Shown here: piece by piece, positions 59,673 to 64,000 of the stretch
How the letters are laid out: every line of letters starts with the position of its first letter
Position numbering within the stretch: position 1 is the stretch's first letter
Origin: an uncultured Armatimonadetes bacterium
Lineage (GTDB): Bacteria > Armatimonadota > Hebobacteria > Hebobacterales > Hebobacteraceae
Length of the DNA stretch: 64,000 bases
Assembly: GCA_963716175.1 (NCBI GenBank)
Contig: OY970296.1
Coordinates: 3,552,001 to 3,616,000 of the forward strand
Reading direction: 5' to 3'
The notes under the pieces: model-generated
What the model was told of the DNA's origin: nothing
The model's input: the letters and a program-made list of their open reading frames with translations, nothing else
Databases searched by the model: none
Made by a program: the position numbers and the translations under genes

Positions 59673-60223
59673 CGTTGGACACCTTCCAGCAGTGCGCGCA
59701 GGCGACCCAGGGCGAGACGGTAGCGGCTGGCCGCGGTGTTCGCGGGAATTCGGAGCACCTCGCCGATCTCGCGGAAACTCAAGTCCTCGCTCAGCTTGAG
59801 CGCGATCACCTCGCGCTGCTCTAGGGGGAGCCGTCCCAATGCCCGCTGCACATCCAGCGCCAGCTCCCGGTCCCCGCCCCGGCAGGCCTCGGGGTCGATC
59901 CAGCAGACGGCGGCCGCGGCCGTCTCTCGCTCCCGCTTCCGCCGCTGGCGCAGGGCCTGCAGCGCCTGCCTGCGGGCGGCCTGGAAGAGATATGCCCGCT
60001 GGTTGCGGATCCCGCCGGCCCGGCGCCTCAGCAGCCCCAGCAGCACCTCCTGCAGCGCGTCCTCTGCTTCCGCGGGGGCGCCCAGGAGGGCAACCAGGTA
60101 GCGATAGAGAGAGCGCGCGTAGGCGTCGTAGAGGGCCGTCAAGTCCAGGGGGCTGGCACCCCGGCTCGCTTGCTCTTTCACTGCGGGTCGCGGCCTGCTC
60201 AGCACGCGGCTGATCTCCGTCAC
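59669..60223 (-). CDS. ECF (group 4) RNA polymerase sigma factor
   Basis: LYDAY..AEDALQE..YLFQAARR; LPLEQREVIALK..LSFREIG..TAASRYRLAL. Confidence 0.92.
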   Translation of the reverse strand: MTEISRVLSRPRPAVKEQASRGASPLDLTALYDAYARSLYRYLVALLGAPAEAEDALQEVLLGLLRRRAGGIRNQRAYLFQAARRQALQALRQRRKRERETAAAAVCWIDPEACRGGDRELALDVQRALGRLPLEQREVIALKLSEDLSFREIGEVLRIPANTAASRYRLALGRLRALLEGVQR

Positions 60224-60375
60224 GGAAACGCGCTCCTATGCGGTTAGATGCAACTCAGGCCTCTTCTTGTCAGTCCCACCACACTATCTTTGAGTCTACC
60301 CAACTCGGATCCTCGGGCAGGAGACACTCTGTTGCCCTGCGAAGTCGTCCCTTGTGGGAGGCGCGGAGGCCGGGT

Positions 60376-61162
60376 ATGAGCCCTGAGAAGGCCGACTACT
60401 CCGAGATCGCCGAAGTCTACGACCGGGCGCGGACGGGCGACGCGCCTCACCTGGAATGGTGGTTCCAGAAGATCATCCGGGTCGGCGGCCTGCGGCCCGG
60501 CAGGCGGCTCATTGATCTCGGATGCGGCACCGGCCGGTGGGCCATTCCGCTGGCTGCGCGCACCGGCTGCGAGGTGGTCGGCTTAGACAGGTCGCCGGAG
60601 ATGCTGGAGAAGGCGCGGGCCAAGGACCGTGAGGGCCGCGTCACCTGGGTGGCCGGCGACGTGGAGCACCTGGAGCTGGAGCCGAGCAGCTTCGACTGCG
60701 CCTTTCTGTGCCTGATGATGCACCACATCGAGGATCACCTTGGGACGTTCAGAGGTGTGCTGCGGATACTGAAGCCCGGCGGTGTAATCCTGGTGCGACA
60801 GGGAACGCTGGAGCAGATCGTAGACGACCCCTGGCATCGCTTCTTCCCCGAGGCGGCGACCATAGACCGGCGGCGTACGCCATTCCGCGCCGAGATCGAG
60901 ACCTGGCTGCGGGAGGCTGGCTTCATGCAGATCGAGGCGGAGGAGGTAAGGCAGTTCACCTACCGCGACCTCGCCGACCTCAACGAGAGGATGCTGGGTG
61001 AGGTGCGGCTGCGAGTGGCATCGGTGCTCCGGCTGATCAGCGACGAAGCCTTCGCGCGGGCTGGCGCAACTCGAAGCCTATGTGCGTCAGCACCCAGATG
61101 ATCCCTGGCTCAAAGAGAGCCTGTTCACACTGTTCACGGCGAGGAAGCGGCATGAGCGCTGA
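60376..61162 (+). CDS. Class I SAM-dependent methyltransferase; C-terminus shifted by an indel at ~61058
   Basis: IDLGCGTG, GLDRSPEML, HH, LKPGG; after EAFAR another frame reads LAQLEAYVRQHPDDPWL..LFTARKR to TGA 61162. Confidence 0.85.
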
Positions 61163-61874
61163 GCATCTGGCCGAGCAGATGAAGGCATTGCCGGGCGCAA
61201 GCGCGGCAGACCTGATTGGCATCGCGGCTGGCGAGCAGTTCAGCTCGGAGGAGTTCGGTGAACTGGGCCGCAGCTTCGGCCCTGTGCGATCGGTCATCGT
61301 GCTCGCGCAGCGTATTGTTGACCCGGTGCAGACCGTTCGGTTCTGGTCTGCCAGGACCTACGCGGATTCGCTGACTGCCGCCTCCTTTGGTGATGCCATG
61401 CTTCGCCACGCCTGTTGGCAAGTGGTGCAGATTCTGTGGGAGGCGGGATATCGGGCCGTGATTCCCCGCAATCAGCGCTACGGCGACGACGGACCTCGCC
61501 ACAGCATCTCCTACAAGAAGGCGGGCGCGCTCGCGGGCTTGGGCTCGATCGGGAAGAGCCAACTCCTGATCCACCCCGATTGGGGCCCCTGGCTCCACCT
61601 GAGGACGGTGATCACCGACGCGGATCTCCCGGTGGACTCACCGATCACGTTTTCGCCTTGCGATGGCTGTGGGCGCTGCCTCGAAGCCTGTCCTTCGGGC
61701 GCGCTCTCAGCATCAGGTTTTGACCGGCCGCGATGCGAGCAGCCGATTGGCTACACCGGGCCGGGGAAGAACGTAGTGCGCCTGTCACCTCATGGGCGGA
61801 TCAACTGCGAGGAATGCATGCGGGCCTGCCCCGTGGGCGAGGCGCCGCCGCGGCTGACGCAGCACGCAGAATAG
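61152..61874 (+). CDS. Epoxyqueuosine-reductase-like (QueG/RdhA-related) 4Fe-4S protein
   Basis: KKAGALAGLGSIGKSQLLIHPDWGPWLHLRTVITD, CDGCGRCLEACP, CEECMRACP. Confidence 0.85.
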   Translation: MSAEHLAEQMKALPGASAADLIGIAAGEQFSSEEFGELGRSFGPVRSVIVLAQRIVDPVQTVRFWSARTYADSLTAASFGDAMLRHACWQVVQILWEAGYRAVIPRNQRYGDDGPRHSISYKKAGALAGLGSIGKSQLLIHPDWGPWLHLRTVITDADLPVDSPITFSPCDGCGRCLEACPSGALSASGFDRPRCEQPIGYTGPGKNVVRLSPHGRINCEECMRACPVGEAPPRLTQHAE

Positions 61875-61902
61875 GACGGGACCCGCCCAGACGGGTCCCG
61901 TC
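61875..61902. terminator. 11-bp inverted repeat between convergent genes
   Basis: GACGGGACCCG-cccaga-CGGGTCCCGTC. Confidence 0.6.
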
Positions 61903-61930
61903 TTGCGCGCTCAGAACGTGCGACCAAAGG

Positions 61931-63301
61931 TCAGGCCGGCTCCGCGACCTGCGGCAGATCCTTCAGCGCCGCCTCGATCTTCTCCCGCGGGTACTCGTAG
62001 TCCTCAAGCTTCCCCGCGAAGTACCTCTCGTAGGCCCCAAGGTCGAAGAAGCCGTGCCCGCTATAGGCGATCAGGATACACTTCTCCTCACGGGTCTCCT
62101 TGCACTTCAGCGCCTCATCTATCGCGGCGCGGATGCAGTGCGCCGTCTCCGGCGCTGGCAGGAGGCCCTCGGTGCGAGCGAAGGTGACCGCGGCCTCGAA
62201 GGTGGGGAGCTGGTGATAGGCGCGGGCCTCGATCACGCCCTTGTTCACCAGCAGGCACAGCAGGGGCGCGTCGCCGTGGTAGCGCAACCCTCCCGCGTGA
62301 ATCGGCTCCGGCACGAAGGTGTGTCCCAGGGTGTACATCTTGAGCAGCGGGGTGAGCATTGCGGTGTCCCCGTAATCGTAGCGGTACAGACCCCGGGTGA
62401 GGGTCGGGCAGGCTTCCGGCTCGCACGCGATAATGTCAACCGCCTTGCCCTTCAGCTTATCCTTCACGAAGGGGAAGGCGAGTCCGGAGAAATTCGACCC
62501 GCCGCCCACGCAGCCCACGATCACATCCGGCTGCTCATCCACCAGCTTGAGCTGCGCCTTCGCCTCCTGCCCCACTATGGTCTGGTGCAGCAGCACGTGG
62601 TTCAACACGCTGCCAAGCGAGTACTTGGTATCATCGTGGGAGGCGGCGTCCTCCACCGCCTCCGAGATGGCGATGCCGAGGCTGCCCGGGGAATTCGGGT
62701 CCTTTCCCAGGATCATCTGTCCGGACTTAGTCAGGTTACTCGGAGAGGGGTGCACCGTGGCCCCCCAGGTTTCCATCAGCATGCGCCGGTAGGGCTTCTG
62801 CTCGTAGCTCACCTTCACCATGTAGACCGTGCACTCCAGTCCGAACAGGCAGCATCCGAAGGCGAGCGCGCTGCCCCATTGGCCGGCGCCGGTCTCGGTA
62901 GCGATGCGCTTCACGCCCTCCTGCTTGTTGTAGTAGGCCTGGGCCACCGCGGTGTTGGGCTTGTGGCTGCCCGGAGGACTAAAGCTCTCATTCTTGTAGT
63001 AGATGCGCGCGGGTGTGCCCAGGTGCTTCTCCAGCCGGTGCGCGCGGTAGAGAGGAGAGGGCCGCCAGAGCCGGTAGACGCGGCGCACCTCATCCGGAAT
63101 CTCGATCCACGGCTCCATGCTCACTTCCTGCTTGATCAGCTCCATGGGGAAGATCGGAGCCAGGTCCTGCGGGCCTATGGGCTTGCCGGTACCGGGGTGG
63201 ATGGGCGGTGCCAGCGGCGCAGGCAGGTCGGGGTTGATGTTATACCAGCGCTGCGGCAGCTCGCTCTCCCGGAGCGTGATCTTGGTCTCGTCCCTCGCCA
63301 T
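61931..63301 (-). CDS. trpB2: TrpB2-type tryptophan synthase beta / PLP enzyme
   Basis: [51 protein letters not shown]. Confidence 0.95.
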   Translation of the reverse strand: MARDETKITLRESELPQRWYNINPDLPAPLAPPIHPGTGKPIGPQDLAPIFPMELIKQEVSMEPWIEIPDEVRRVYRLWRPSPLYRAHRLEKHLGTPARIYYKNESFSPPGSHKPNTAVAQAYYNKQEGVKRIATETGAGQWGSALAFGCCLFGLECTVYMVKVSYEQKPYRRMLMETWGATVHPSPSNLTKSGQMILGKDPNSPGSLGIAISEAVEDAASHDDTKYSLGSVLNHVLLHQTIVGQEAKAQLKLVDEQPDVIVGCVGGGSNFSGLAFPFVKDKLKGKAVDIIACEPEACPTLTRGLYRYDYGDTAMLTPLLKMYTLGHTFVPEPIHAGGLRYHGDAPLLCLLVNKGVIEARAYHQLPTFEAAVTFARTEGLLPAPETAHCIRAAIDEALKCKETREEKCILIAYSGHGFFDLGAYERYFAGKLEDYEYPREKIEAALKDLPQVAEPA

Positions 63302-63479
63302 AGCCGGCCTCTCCTCTCGCGACGGCCCAGGGGGCCGTCAGGTTCTAGCCCTGTGGCCATGCCCAGGGCGACGGCAAGCCTCTTCACCGCCTGCCAGCCC
63401 TTTTCCTCTTTCCCGGGGCCAAGCAGGGCAGTCAATCACAGAGGCGCAGGGACACGGATCGGACCGCGGGTGTAACAGC

Positions 63480-63740
63480 TCAACCGGCTTCGCCCTGGTC
63501 AGCCTCCTTGGGGCCGGGATGGCCCATTCCCTTGGAGAGTTGATGTGTCTCCTGGAGACGGATTCCGCCCTCGAATTCGGGCTTGTGGCTCTGGTCCTGT
63601 GCGCAGCGCACTTTCTCACCGATCACTTCGCGCAGGAAAGCCAGTCCCGCCTCCTTATCCTCATCCATGAGCACTTGCTGGAGGCGCACCAGGTCCTCAG
63701 GGTCCAGCGAGACGACGGTGCGGGTGGCTTTGAACGCCAT
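63480..63740 (-). CDS. Small hypothetical protein
   Basis: 86 aa; purine-rich RBS (AAGGAAAGGGG); helical, protein-like sequence. Confidence 0.6.
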   Translation of the reverse strand: MAFKATRTVVSLDPEDLVRLQQVLMDEDKEAGLAFLREVIGEKVRCAQDQSHKPEFEGGIRLQETHQLSKGMGHPGPKEADQGEAG

Positions 63741-63843
63741 GATGCTTACCCCTTTCCTTTTCCCTGGCCTCCGTCAGGGCAGGACTGTCACGATCGCCAA
63801 GCGAATCTCCCGCTCAATTCTGGTTCCAGCAGGAGGTATCCTC

Positions 63844-64000
63844 GTGATCAAAGGCATAGACCATGTAGCGCTGGTCACCACGGATGTGGAGCGCGCGGCC
63901 AAGTTCTACAAGGAGCTGTTGGGGTTCCATGAGACCGGCCGCCTGGAGACCACCCACAGTGGGACCATCATCTTCATCGCCCTCGACGGCACACAGATCG
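63844..64000 (+). CDS. VOC/glyoxalase family protein (5' part, truncated by the window end)
   Basis: RBS AGGAGG and GTG; IKGIDHVALVTTDVERAAKFYKELLGF. Confidence 0.85.
   Translation, partial: MIKGIDHVALVTTDVERAAKFYKELLGFHETGRLETTHSGTIIFIALDGTQI

Noticed and set aside
3-63932. Many long alternative-frame or antisense ORFs (e.g. 3-1127, 19217-21130, 30486-31952, 32245-33801, 36715-38415, 49467-51026, 56242-57780, 61733-63475)
   Set aside because: They overlap well-supported genes and are Arg/Pro/Gly/His-rich shadows typical of high-GC DNA
1-64000. CRISPR array, rRNA, IS transposase or prophage genes
   Set aside because: No regularly spaced repeats or matching protein motifs seen; the repeats found are dispersed palindromes

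Overview
GC-rich bacterial chromosomal segment, probably a long-read MAG; the gene content suggests an Armatimonadota-like lineage (inference only). It holds about 57 CDS and one tRNA-Ser(CGA). Most genes are housekeeping or metabolic: surE, pstS, glnA, ftsZ, grpE, mtnP, dprA, aroF, rho, hpt-guaA-guaB3, rne, yebC, copA, trpB2. The most interesting element is a self-contained six-gene envelope operon at 24.1-34.0 kb with its own promoter and terminator. It encodes a ~1545-aa protein fusing a degenerate, nicastrin/nicalin-like M28 domain to a MacB/FtsX permease, an OPT-like transporter, an internally duplicated soluble protein, a stand-alone PqqD/RRE peptide-binding protein, a minimal FtsX permease and a LolD-type ATPase. 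Other signals: a candidate XerCD dif site at 41678-41705 near a switch in gene orientation (likely replication terminus); a sigma28 / FlgM-like pair with a sigma28 promoter but no flagellar genes; an accessory patch behind the tRNA (hicBA, tandem double IclR, a repeated 21-nt motif); dispersed REP-like palindromes; and five short frameshifting indels, one in ftsZ, that are most likely sequencing errors. No CRISPR array, integrase, transposase or rRNA was seen.
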